A DNA stretch of 64,000 bases from an uncultured Candidatus Micrarchaeota archaeon (lineage in GTDB: Archaea; Micrarchaeota; Micrarchaeia; Burarchaeales; Fermentimicrarchaeaceae), in the NCBI GenBank assembly GCA_963760615.1, contig CAVXDX010000007.1, positions 40,982 through 104,981 on the forward strand, written 5' to 3'. Both the position numbers and the translations under genes were made by a program. Of this stretch, positions 8,322 through 16,716 are shown in pieces. Within the stretch, counting starts at the first letter, position 1. The number at the start of each line of letters is the position of its first letter. The notes under the pieces were generated by a model. It was not told the origin of the DNA. It saw only the letters and a list, made by a program, of their open reading frames with translations, and made no database searches.

Positions 8322-9689
8322 TCAGATGAGTTTGTCAATGAAGAACTCTTTTGTGGATAGGTAGGAATTCAGGAACTCATCGAAATTCTCATTTAGAATA
8401 TCCTCATCCACAAGCAGGTATGCCCTCTTCATGCTCTTGGATATGTAGGAGGGTATAGCATAGCTGGTTGGCTTTTTGGTTATCTTTTTAACAAGCTCCA
8501 GAGCGTCAGTCACTTTTCTGTGCTCCACGGCAACAACCTTGTCTCCCTCAACGTGGGGTCCTCCAATTGCGTTCCTGTGCTTCCTTATGAAGCTCCCCAC
8601 GTCTCTCTCGTAGACAATTGCTGGGCCAATAGCCTTCCTCACTGCTGGAAGCTTGTAGGTGGAAAGCTCAAGCAGTATAACGCATCTTTTATCCTCATCG
8701 CTCCAGAAGTCATAGCCGAAGAGCTTGAATTCCGCAATTTCCAAATGCTTGGCAATGCTGCCAGCTGCCTTCTTGAGCTGCGGCCAGAGTATATCCGGCA
8801 CGACTTTCGGAGTGGGGAACACTATGGCAACAAACTTTGTCCCCCTGCCTCTCATCCTCTTGGCGAGCTCCTTTCTGGAGAACTCCTCCTCATCTGCAAA
8901 GAAGAAGCTCTTGCTTGGCTTTTTGAGGAATGCCCTTGATGCAAGGATGAATTTCGAGAGAGATATGGCGGAAACCGCGGCAGCTACATTCCTGTTCCTG
9001 TCAACTGGGTCTATCACAATGAGAGGGACTTTGAATTTCTCCCTCATCTCCTTCTCAGTGTGGTATCGCTCTATGTCCACAACAGGGTTCCTCCACTTTG
9101 AGGAGTTCTTTAACAACTCCATGAATGAGCCGTAGTGCAGAATGAGAAGCTCGCAGAGGTACCCCGAGAAGCCCTCAACCTTCAGCTCAGCTCCGTATAC
9201 TCCAAGCCTCTTCAAGAACTGTTTTAACAGCCTCACCTCATCAGCTTTATGTTCATCAAACCTTGAGAGTATGTACCTCTTGTGAAGCGGGGAGCGATCT
9301 ACAGCTGATGCTCTTTCATTTATATTCAGTATCTTGAATGAGGGGACTATCTCTATGGTGCATCCTTCTACATCTGCCTTGAGATAAGGATGTTCGGCAT
9401 AGCCTATCCGCCAAGGGTGGGGGGAGACTGCTTTTTTAGCATATCGGAGCCCCTTGCTCACAAGTTCCTTTTTAGTAGTCTCCTTGGGGAACAGCATGAA
9501 GAGGTCAACATCCCGGTCATTCCTCAAATCTGTATTCTTTGCAATGGAGCCGACTATTTCAAGCTCCACATTCCGAGGAATGAATTTTCTCAGCCTTGAT
9601 TTCATCCACTCCGCAATGCTCAGCTCCCATTCTCTCTCCTCAGGAGAAGGCTTTATCCTCTCAAGAACCTCGCTTAGAAGCTTATCCAT
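8322..9689 (-). CDS. cca: Archaeal class I CCA-adding enzyme
   Basis: GSIAKNT.L...DVDLF, YAEHPY, VDRSPLH and GFSGYLCELL motifs. Confidence 0.95.
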   Translation of the reverse strand: MDKLLSEVLERIKPSPEEREWELSIAEWMKSRLRKFIPRNVELEIVGSIAKNTDLRNDRDVDLFMLFPKETTKKELVSKGLRYAKKAVSPHPWRIGYAEHPYLKADVEGCTIEIVPSFKILNINERASAVDRSPLHKRYILSRFDEHKADEVRLLKQFLKRLGVYGAELKVEGFSGYLCELLILHYGSFMELLKNSSKWRNPVVDIERYHTEKEMREKFKVPLIVIDPVDRNRNVAAAVSAISLSKFILASRAFLKKPSKSFFFADEEEFSRKELAKRMRGRGTKFVAIVFPTPKVVPDILWPQLKKAAGSIAKHLEIAEFKLFGYDFWSDEDKRCVILLELSTYKLPAVRKAIGPAIVYERDVGSFIRKHRNAIGGPHVEGDKVVAVEHRKVTDALELVKKITKKPTSYAIPSYISKSMKRAYLLVDEDILNENFDEFLNSYLSTKEFFIDKLI

Positions 9690-9752
9690 GGTAGTATTTC
9701 GGAGAGCTGTTTAAAAATATGTTGTGGAAACTTCAGTGCTTTATTAATACTT

Positions 9753-11306
9753 TTGCTGAGAAAAAAGTTCATGGGTGGTGAATGGAAGATTGCTTCGCAC
9801 AAGCGGTTTGAATTGGCTTTCTACTCAATTGTCATTCTATTCTTCCTGCTACTGGTATTCGCGCCAATTCTTTACATTGCGGTGAAAGGCTGTCCTGATT
9901 CCCGTGCGATATGTTTCCCATCCATATATCTGACTAATGAGATGAAGGACGCACTCTTTAATTCATTCTCCATTGCATTTCTCGCAGTGGTACTTGACAT
10001 AATATTCGGAATTCCAATTGCCTGGGTCATAGCGAGGTATAAAACAAAGCTTAAAGTCTACCTGAACTTCCTTGTTGACATGCCTCTGATAATGCCCACA
10101 GCTGCGCTGGGCTTCTCTGTTGCTTTATTCTGGGGAGGGGAGGGAATTGGGTTGCTGAGCAAGGGCTTCTGGATGATACTTGCCGTGCACACTGCTTTCA
10201 CCTACCCGTATATTGTGAGGACTCTTTCCGCGGCAATTGAAGAAGTGGATACAACATATGAGATGGCTTCTAGGACTCTTGGAGCAACTCCGCTTACGGC
10301 TTTCAGGACAGTAACACTCCCGCTTTTCAAGTCCGGCCTGCTCATCGCGGCCCTGCTGGCATTCACTAGAAGCCTCAGCGAGACGGGCGCAACCATGATG
10401 GCTGTGGGCACAGGGCAATTCTTCGCAGCAACGGCACCTGCCCAGACTCTACTTTACAAAAATAGCGGCGATATGGCATCTGCCATATCACTCAGTATTA
10501 TACTCATCGCAATATCAACCATTCTCCTGGCTTTGGTGAGATACGCATCAAACAGATTCGGCATCCCAACCGGTAAGATTTATCCGTCATTTGAGAGGTC
10601 ACTAAACAACTTCAAGCTAGAGAAGAATGTGTTCGCCTTTGCATTCTTCATAGTTATTATACTTCTCCCATCCTTCTACCTGCTCAGATTTGTATACTAT
10701 TCGCCGGGAGAATTTGGGGATACAATGAATTCCATCGGTATATCATTCCTCATAGCATTTGTGGCCACCGTAATCAATCTAATCTTTGGGGTGGGGATGG
10801 CTCTGCTCATAGGCAGGAACAAATACGGGCTTGGACCAGTTTTCGAGTTCCTTACAGATATGGTAATGGTGATGCCCACAGTTGCCTTGGGGCTTTCCCT
10901 AGGGATGTTTTGGAATCTGTTTAAGCTGAATGAGCTTCTTATTCTTGCGATGGTGCACATAAGCTTCTCCTATCCTTACATAGTGAAGCCTGTTGCGGCT
11001 TCCATAAGGGATTTGGATAAGAATCTGGAGGATGCTGCAAGGGTGCTTGGGGCAACTCCATTCAAAGTCTTCAGGACAATAACACTGCCGCTTATAATGC
11101 CCAGCATACTGGCAGGTGCAGTGATGGCTTTCATGAGGAGCCTGAGCGAGACAGGCGCAACAATGGCAGTCTCAAAAACATTTAAAACAATCCCCGTGCT
11201 AATAGTAGGATTTGTAAATGCGAACAAATATGGGGATGCGGCATTTGCATCTGCTCTGCTGCTAGGGGTTTCATTCATTGCAGCATACTTTCTGAGGAGG
11301 AAGTGA
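9753..11306 (+). CDS. ABC transporter permease with two fused TM domains (CysTW/FbpB-like)
   Basis: Two EAA-loop repeats (EMASRTLGA / EDAARVLGA) and duplicated RSLSETGAT motifs, also visible as internal DNA similarity. Confidence 0.88.
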   Translation: MLRKKFMGGEWKIASHKRFELAFYSIVILFFLLLVFAPILYIAVKGCPDSRAICFPSIYLTNEMKDALFNSFSIAFLAVVLDIIFGIPIAWVIARYKTKLKVYLNFLVDMPLIMPTAALGFSVALFWGGEGIGLLSKGFWMILAVHTAFTYPYIVRTLSAAIEEVDTTYEMASRTLGATPLTAFRTVTLPLFKSGLLIAALLAFTRSLSETGATMMAVGTGQFFAATAPAQTLLYKNSGDMASAISLSIILIAISTILLALVRYASNRFGIPTGKIYPSFERSLNNFKLEKNVFAFAFFIVIILLPSFYLLRFVYYSPGEFGDTMNSIGISFLIAFVATVINLIFGVGMALLIGRNKYGLGPVFEFLTDMVMVMPTVALGLSLGMFWNLFKLNELLILAMVHISFSYPYIVKPVAASIRDLDKNLEDAARVLGATPFKVFRTITLPLIMPSILAGAVMAFMRSLSETGATMAVSKTFKTIPVLIVGFVNANKYGDAAFASALLLGVSFIAAYFLRRK

Positions 11307-11310
11307 GTGA

Positions 11311-12372
11311 ATGCCTGATGTGAAAGTAGTTAATGTTTCAAAATTCTTCGGCAACATAAAGGCACTTGTGGGTATAAATCTTGAAATAAACGATGGGGAG
11401 TATGTAGTGCTGCTCGGACCCAGCGGGTGCGGTAAGACAACCCTGCTGAAGATTATCGCCGGCGTGTGGGAGCCAACCACCGGGAAGGTGTACATAGATG
11501 GAAATGACATCACAGACCTTCCTCCTGAGGACAGAAACATCGGCTTCGTCTTCCAGAACTACGCGCTATTCCCCCACCTCAATGTTTTTGATAACACCAT
11601 CTACGGACCTGTGGTGAGGGGGAAGGATGCTGAGGAGAGCAGGAGGAGTGCAAGGGAGATGCTGCACCTTGTGAGGCTGGCTGCAAGGCATGATGCCTTC
11701 CCTGCTGAACTCTCAGGGGGAATGCAGCAGAGGCTGGCAGTTGCCAGAGCACTCACCACCGGCTCGAGCCTGCTGTTCCTGGATGAGCCGCTCTCTGCCC
11801 TCGATGCCAAGATAGGGGCCGAGCTGCGGAGCGAGATGAGGAAGATGATTAAGGATTTGAAACTCACTGCTATACATGTCACTCACAACCAAGAGGAGGC
11901 AATGGAAGTTGCAGACAAAATAGTTGTGATGAGGAGAGGGAGGGTGGAGCAGGTGGGTTCCCCTGAGGAGATTTACAGGAATCCTGCAAACCTTTTCGTA
12001 GCGCACTTCCTTGGCGATGCGAACTTCATAGAGGCAGCAGCTTCCGATTATGGCTCATGCTGCAAATTAAAGATGCTGAGGTGGGAGTTGGAAATACCAA
12101 AGGTGAAGCCAGGTGCGTATGTTGCCGTTGTGAGACCTGAGAAGGTTGAAGTTGGGGATGGAGGAGCTGAAGGGGTTGTAAAGAACTTTAGGTTTCTTGG
12201 GGGCTTGTCCTATGTAGAAGTTGGCATTGGGAATGAGTCAGTCATATCAAGGTTCCCCAGTGGAAGAGAGTATGAATTGGGCGAGAAGGTCTGCGTGCGC
12301 TTCAAGCCCGAGGATGTTAAATTGTTTAAGTATCCCGACGAGGGACTGAAGGAGGCGTTGAGAGTTGACTAG
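11311..12372 (+). CDS. ABC transporter ATP-binding subunit (PotA/CysA/FbpC-like, with TOBE domain)
   Basis: GPSGCGKT, LSGGMQQR, LFLDEP and HVTH motifs. Confidence 0.95.
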   Translation: MPDVKVVNVSKFFGNIKALVGINLEINDGEYVVLLGPSGCGKTTLLKIIAGVWEPTTGKVYIDGNDITDLPPEDRNIGFVFQNYALFPHLNVFDNTIYGPVVRGKDAEESRRSAREMLHLVRLAARHDAFPAELSGGMQQRLAVARALTTGSSLLFLDEPLSALDAKIGAELRSEMRKMIKDLKLTAIHVTHNQEEAMEVADKIVVMRRGRVEQVGSPEEIYRNPANLFVAHFLGDANFIEAAASDYGSCCKLKMLRWELEIPKVKPGAYVAVVRPEKVEVGDGGAEGVVKNFRFLGGLSYVEVGIGNESVISRFPSGREYELGEKVCVRFKPEDVKLFKYPDEGLKEALRVD

Positions 12373-12997
12373 CATATCTGAATGGTTTGGTGAGAGGAGG
12401 GAGGAGAAGGTTCTTGACATGTTCAAGAAGGAGTTCGAGCTCGGCACAAAGTCCATAGAAGAGCTTGTGAATATGGTGGAGAAAGGGGGACGGAAGTTCG
12501 ACAGGATACAGATGTTTGAGAAGGAGGCTGATGAGGTAAGAAGAGGTATAATGGAGCAGCTTGCAAAGGGTGAGCTTGCAAGTCAGGATAAGGAAGACCT
12601 CATGCGCCTTGCAAAAGAGACAGATTCTATAAATGACTGGATATACACGGCAAGCAAGAACCTCTCTGCCATAGGGAAGCTGAGGGACTCGGAGAAGAAG
12701 CTCCTTGTTGAGATGTGCAAGAACGATAGGGATGCCATTGAGAAGCTCAATGAGTGCATGGATAAAATAACTTCTGGCGACAAGGAAGGCGCAATGGGGC
12801 TGGCGCACAAGGTTGAGAGAGTGGAAGAAGCAGTGGATGACCAGTACTACGATTCAAAGAAAATTTTGCTGAAGGAGAACAGACCTGGCGCAGAGGCAAT
12901 TCTTATGTATGCACTCTTCCAATCAGTGGAGAATATAGCGGATGCGTGCGAGAACACTTCGGACCAGATAAGGCTAATACTTGTGAAGTTCTGGTAG
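12365..12997 (+). CDS. DUF47 / PhoU-like putative phosphate transport regulator
   Basis: Helical protein with EKEADEVRR and ENIADACE..D motifs. TTG start overlaps the ATPase stop. Confidence 0.82.
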   Translation: MTSISEWFGERREEKVLDMFKKEFELGTKSIEELVNMVEKGGRKFDRIQMFEKEADEVRRGIMEQLAKGELASQDKEDLMRLAKETDSINDWIYTASKNLSAIGKLRDSEKKLLVEMCKNDRDAIEKLNECMDKITSGDKEGAMGLAHKVERVEEAVDDQYYDSKKILLKENRPGAEAILMYALFQSVENIADACENTSDQIRLILVKFW

Positions 12998-13005
12998 GTG
13001 AGTAA

Positions 13006-13109
13006 TGCGGGGGGAGGGATTTGAACCCACGTAGCACCTAAGTGCACAGGATCTTAAGTTTGGCAGGCATAAGCCACCTGCCCTTTAGACCAAGCTCAGG
13101 CACCCCCGC
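13006..13109 (-). tRNA. tRNA-Leu(UAA) with a 17-nt intron (13060..13076) at non-canonical position 30/31
   Basis: Minus strand reads GCGGGGG TGCCTGAGCTTGGTCTAAAGGG CAGG [TGGCTTATGCCTGCCAA] A CTTAAGA TCCTG TGCACTTAGGTGCTAC GTGGG TTCAAAT CCCTC CCCCCGC A. Acceptor stem GCGGGGG/CCCCCGC, long variable arm, no encoded CCA, one T:T mismatch in the T-stem. Confidence 0.92.
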
Positions 13110-13135
13110 ACGTATAATGTTTGTAGAAAGAGTAA

Positions 13136-13142
13136 TTTAAAT
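13136..13142 (-). promoter_or_regulatory. Probable TATA box of the tRNA-Leu gene
   Basis: TTTAAAT lies about 27-33 nt upstream of tRNA position 1. Confidence 0.55.
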
Positions 13143-13175
13143 CTAGTGAATTTTTAGCATTATTTCAAAAGCAGA

Positions 13176-13547
13176 CTAGCGCAACTGTCCTCTGCCCATT
13201 TTCCTTCGTTTTGATTCGTTTTCTTCTGTAAGCCCCTTATGTCTCGGCGAGGAGTAAAAGTCGGCTATGTTTCTTATTGCAAATGCCGCTTCCATGAAGC
13301 AGAAAAAGGAGAGAATGTAGAGTAAGAAGAGCGCCCAGTCGGGTATTACCATTTCAGGCGTTACAATTAATTCGACATAAATGAGGATAAGTCTGCTTAA
13401 AGAGATAGCCACACCCCACATCATCCAGACGACAACCGCCTTCCAAGGCCCTCCGTAATACTTGCGCCTAGCTTGGTATACTGTGAAAATTGCCACAAGA
13501 CCGAGGAGCACAGCAACAGTGCCAGTTACCAAATCTGCATAATTCAT
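13176..13547 (-). CDS. Hypothetical small membrane protein (about 3 TM)
   Basis: Alternating hydrophobic stretches and a basic C-tail; no family recognised. Confidence 0.65.
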   Translation of the reverse strand: MNYADLVTGTVAVLLGLVAIFTVYQARRKYYGGPWKAVVVWMMWGVAISLSRLILIYVELIVTPEMVIPDWALFLLYILSFFCFMEAAFAIRNIADFYSSPRHKGLTEENESKRRKMGRGQLR

Positions 13548-13578
13548 ATGCACCCTTTTCTCTCAATATTGAGGCGTA

Positions 13579-14319
13579 TTAACCATACATAGGTCCAATC
13601 TCCTCAACCTTCTTGTAGTCGCTGTGCGCATCCCTTGCTTTTAACATGAGCTCCTTCATCCTTCCTTCTACATCAGCAGATTCCGCTATGAGCTCCTCCG
13701 TGCTGATCTTTATATTGACGAGCTTCTTCAGCGATTCTATGACCAACGCAGCTGCCTTCGGGTCTAGGAATTCCGGCTTGGAGTCTGCCAGAAGCGAGAC
13801 AGCAGGAAATTTCCTTGAGCAACAATCTGCAAGCAGCACACCACTAACCCCAGTTGTTGCACCCTCTTTTATTGTTTTAATTCCAGCAGCCTCAAGTTCC
13901 TCCACAAGCTTCGGTGTGCTTGCTATTCCGAAAACAACATCCTCCTGGTCCTTGACAACTATGCCCCCGAGCGATATTATCTCCCGGACTTCCCTCTCAA
14001 TGCACCAATCAAGTATCTTCTCTGACAGCTCATGAATGCTCTGGAGCGGTATGATGAACTCGGAGAAGAGCACGAGCAGGTTGCTCTTCTGCGACTTGTA
14101 GATTCTTGCGGGATGGAGCGGCACCTTATTATGCACTGCCGCTATGGGAGGGAACCTCTCAGAGGTTATGTGCCCCAGCAGATCCATTTTGAGCTTTTCA
14201 ACAATGTAGCTTGACGCTATTGTTCCCACAAGTCCTATACCTGGAAAGCCCTCTACGAGTATAGGTTTCTTCAAGTCGAACTCAGAGGTTTCGATGATTT
14301 TAACGGGCATAATGATCAT
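13579..14319 (-). CDS. PAC2-family proteasome assembly chaperone
   Basis: EGFPGIGLVGTIA, IISLGG, GVSGVLL and DPKAAA motifs. Confidence 0.9.
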   Translation of the reverse strand: MIIMPVKIIETSEFDLKKPILVEGFPGIGLVGTIASSYIVEKLKMDLLGHITSERFPPIAAVHNKVPLHPARIYKSQKSNLLVLFSEFIIPLQSIHELSEKILDWCIEREVREIISLGGIVVKDQEDVVFGIASTPKLVEELEAAGIKTIKEGATTGVSGVLLADCCSRKFPAVSLLADSKPEFLDPKAAALVIESLKKLVNIKISTEELIAESADVEGRMKELMLKARDAHSDYKKVEEIGPMYG

Positions 14320-14329
14320 TGGTCGTCTT

Positions 14330-15560
14330 GTGACATGCTCCCACCTATGAATAGGTGTGGGCTTCCTGCTTCACAGACATTGCTACCGCAACATCTCTCT
14401 CCATTACGGAATTGCAGGCGTTACTTCCCCCTTGCCCAGGGGTAGCTCTGATGAGTATATTACATGCAGCATTTATATCCCTGTCTGTTGATAAACCGCA
14501 TTCAGGACAGGTGTATGTCCTCTCACAGAGACTCAAATCATTTTTGAGATTTCCGCACCTGCTGCACATCTTCGAAGTATTTTCAGGGTCTACAAACACT
14601 ACCCTGCATCCAGCTACCTCCGCCTTGTATGCAAGCATGTTTGCAAACATGTTCCATCCTGCATCGTTGATTTGCTTGCCGTATCTCTGTTCTGCCATTT
14701 GCTGTGAGGTAAGTTTCTCCAATGCAATGAAGGAATAAGCATTCACCAAATTAGTTGTTGTCTTATGTAGGAAGTCTCTCCTGCAGTCTGAAATTTTTTC
14801 GTGTAACTTTGCTACCCTTACTTTAGCTCTTTTCTTACTGACACTTCCTTTCTTTTTCTTTGAGAACTCTCTCTGTAGGAAGGTAATTCTCTCTTCATAT
14901 TTCGTGAAATGTCTTGGGTTGTTTACTGTCATTCCATTTGACAAAGTTGCAAATGTCATCAGCCCCAGGTCAACCCCAACTGCCTCTCCTTTGTTTTCTT
15001 TTGGAATTTCTTTAGGTGTTTCAACACAAAATATTGCAAACCACTTTCCTGAAGATTCTCTCTTCAGAGTGAGGGTTTTTATTTCACCTTTTATCTCCAT
15101 GTGTTTCTTTATTGCAATCTCTCCAAAAGGAGTCACCTTGAGCTTCTTATCTAAAGAGAAACCAAACTTATACTGTGGGTAATTCAAACTCTTAATTCTC
15201 TCAAAAGACTTGAATCTTGGAAAACCGCATTTTATCCCCTTCTTTCTCAGCGTGAAGATTCTCATCACTGAATTGTAAACCCGGTGTGCAATCTCCTGCT
15301 GTGTCTGGGAGTAGAGTCCGTAGTCTTTTACCATAAGCTGGAGAGTATTCTTTTTTGGAAAATAAGCGAAGTCTTCGTAGGTCTGTTTGCAATGTTCCAG
15401 AAGTTCATTCCAGAGATTCTTCGCTAACCAGAGATGTTTATTCAGAAGCTTCTCCTGCTTCTTTGAAGGATATATCCTGAATTTGTAGGCTTTCATAGAC
15501 GTTATTTACTTCTATTTTTTCCTTTATAAACCTCGTGGAGGGGTAGCTTTCCAATGAAAG
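14330..15560 (-). mobile_element. Solo tnpB element (IS1341-like, no tnpA); right end at 14330, left end approximate
   Basis: The 3' end reads GAAGCCCACACCTATTCATAGGTGGGAGCATGTCAC (14365-14330), a hairpin ending in TCAC as is typical of IS605-group right ends. A small CTTTC/GAAAG hairpin at 15547-15560 and TTTATAAA at 15523-15530 lie upstream. Confidence 0.7.
14345..15496 (-). CDS. tnpB: RNA-guided endonuclease TnpB (IS200/IS605 family)
   Basis: N-terminal KAYKFRIYP HTH; RuvC-I VGVDLG, RuvC-II ALEKL, RuvC-III DRDINAA; Zn finger CSRC...CPEC; 383 aa uninterrupted. Confidence 0.95.
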   Translation of the reverse strand: MKAYKFRIYPSKKQEKLLNKHLWLAKNLWNELLEHCKQTYEDFAYFPKKNTLQLMVKDYGLYSQTQQEIAHRVYNSVMRIFTLRKKGIKCGFPRFKSFERIKSLNYPQYKFGFSLDKKLKVTPFGEIAIKKHMEIKGEIKTLTLKRESSGKWFAIFCVETPKEIPKENKGEAVGVDLGLMTFATLSNGMTVNNPRHFTKYEERITFLQREFSKKKKGSVSKKRAKVRVAKLHEKISDCRRDFLHKTTTNLVNAYSFIALEKLTSQQMAEQRYGKQINDAGWNMFANMLAYKAEVAGCRVVFVDPENTSKMCSRCGNLKNDLSLCERTYTCPECGLSTDRDINAACNILIRATPGQGGSNACNSVMERDVAVAMSVKQEAHTYS

Positions 15561-15566
15561 GTGAAT

Positions 15567-15908
15567 TTATATGCAAAGCCTGTTCTTGGGAAGCTTGCTG
15601 CCAACCTTTATCCCCCTTCTTTTAGCCTCTCCCGCTTTCATCTCAATTAAATATTTCGCAGGTTTCTTAGGGGTTATTTTAGATGTGAATGGTTTAACCT
15701 CACTCCTTACGTCAACAACAACACCTTTTGAGTTTAGGAAGACTGCATCAAAAGGGAAGAATACAAAGAAGGAGTGGATTGCACTCAGTTCCCTAGACTC
15801 TGACGGCATTATGAAGAGGAGGGGTTTCTTAATGTTTCTTCTGAACATGAGGCCCCGTAGTCTCTTCCGCGTCGTATCCGCAAGCTCAAATTCATCTGAG
15901 AAGGTCAC
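15567..15908 (-). CDS. DUF192-family protein
   Basis: ELADT...RLRGLMFR, IHSFFVFFPFDAVFL and KYLIEM motifs. GTGA overlap with the uppS stop. Confidence 0.85.
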   Translation of the reverse strand: MTFSDEFELADTTRKRLRGLMFRRNIKKPLLFIMPSESRELSAIHSFFVFFPFDAVFLNSKGVVVDVRSEVKPFTSKITPKKPAKYLIEMKAGEAKRRGIKVGSKLPKNRLCI

Positions 15909-16654
15909 CTACCGAACCTCCTTTTTCTTTTTTTGTAATCTTCCAGCGCATCCTTCAAATCCTGCTCCGAGAAATCAGGCCAGAGCTTGGGGCAGAAGTA
16001 GAGCTCGCTGTATGCGCTCTTCCATGGCATGAAGCCTGAGAGCCTCTGCTCGCCAGATGTGCGTATGATTAAATCGGGATCCGGCAGTTCGCCGGTGGAG
16101 AGGTATTTGGGGAAGTCTTCCTCTCTGATGGACTTAAGCTTTCCATTCTTGCATTCTTTGAGAATGGAGTTGCATGCATCCACAATCTCCTGCCTTCCGC
16201 CATAGGCGAGGAGTATGTTCACAAAGTAATTGCTGTATTTCTCAGTCTCCTTCTCAAATTTTTCGATGCTCGCCCTCACTTTCGGAGTGAGCAGCTCCTT
16301 CTTCCCAAAAACCCTCACTCGTATCTTGTTCTCGTGGACCTCCTCGCTGTTTATCTCTCTTATCTTCTGCTCGAAGAGTTTCATAAGAAGCTGGACCTCA
16401 TCCCTGTCCCTATCAAAATTTTCCATGGAGAACCCCCAGAGGGTTACCATGCGTATATTCAGATTTCTGCACCATTCCAAAACTGTCCGGAGCTTGTTTA
16501 TGCCTATCCTGTGCCCCTCTATGATGGGCAAGCCATGCTGCCTAGCCCATCTCCTGTTACCATCAGGTATTATTGCGAGATGCTGCGGCAGGTCTTGCAT
16601 AGAATAATTGTTGGGGTATGATGATTTATTATTGTTTACGTTCGGGCGTAGCAC
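15905..16654 (-). CDS. uppS: cis-prenyltransferase (undecaprenyl/dolichyl diphosphate synthase); start may be ATG 16600
   Basis: HLAIIPDGNRRWA, FSMENFDR, AYGGRQEI and PDLIIRTSGEQRLSGF motifs. Confidence 0.95.
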   Translation of the reverse strand: MLRPNVNNNKSSYPNNYSMQDLPQHLAIIPDGNRRWARQHGLPIIEGHRIGINKLRTVLEWCRNLNIRMVTLWGFSMENFDRDRDEVQLLMKLFEQKIREINSEEVHENKIRVRVFGKKELLTPKVRASIEKFEKETEKYSNYFVNILLAYGGRQEIVDACNSILKECKNGKLKSIREEDFPKYLSTGELPDPDLIIRTSGEQRLSGFMPWKSAYSELYFCPKLWPDFSEQDLKDALEDYKKRKRRFGR

Positions 16655-16716
16655 TGGGAAGGTGGTTGGTTGCTACAATGCGCATATATTTATTATTCAC
16701 AGTGCTTTAAGAATTC

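Noticed and set aside
10371-11170. Repeated DNA (AGCCT.AGCGAGAC.GGCGCAAC.ATG) within the permease
   Set aside because: It is explained by ancient internal duplication of the two permease halves and is not a mobile or regulatory repeat.
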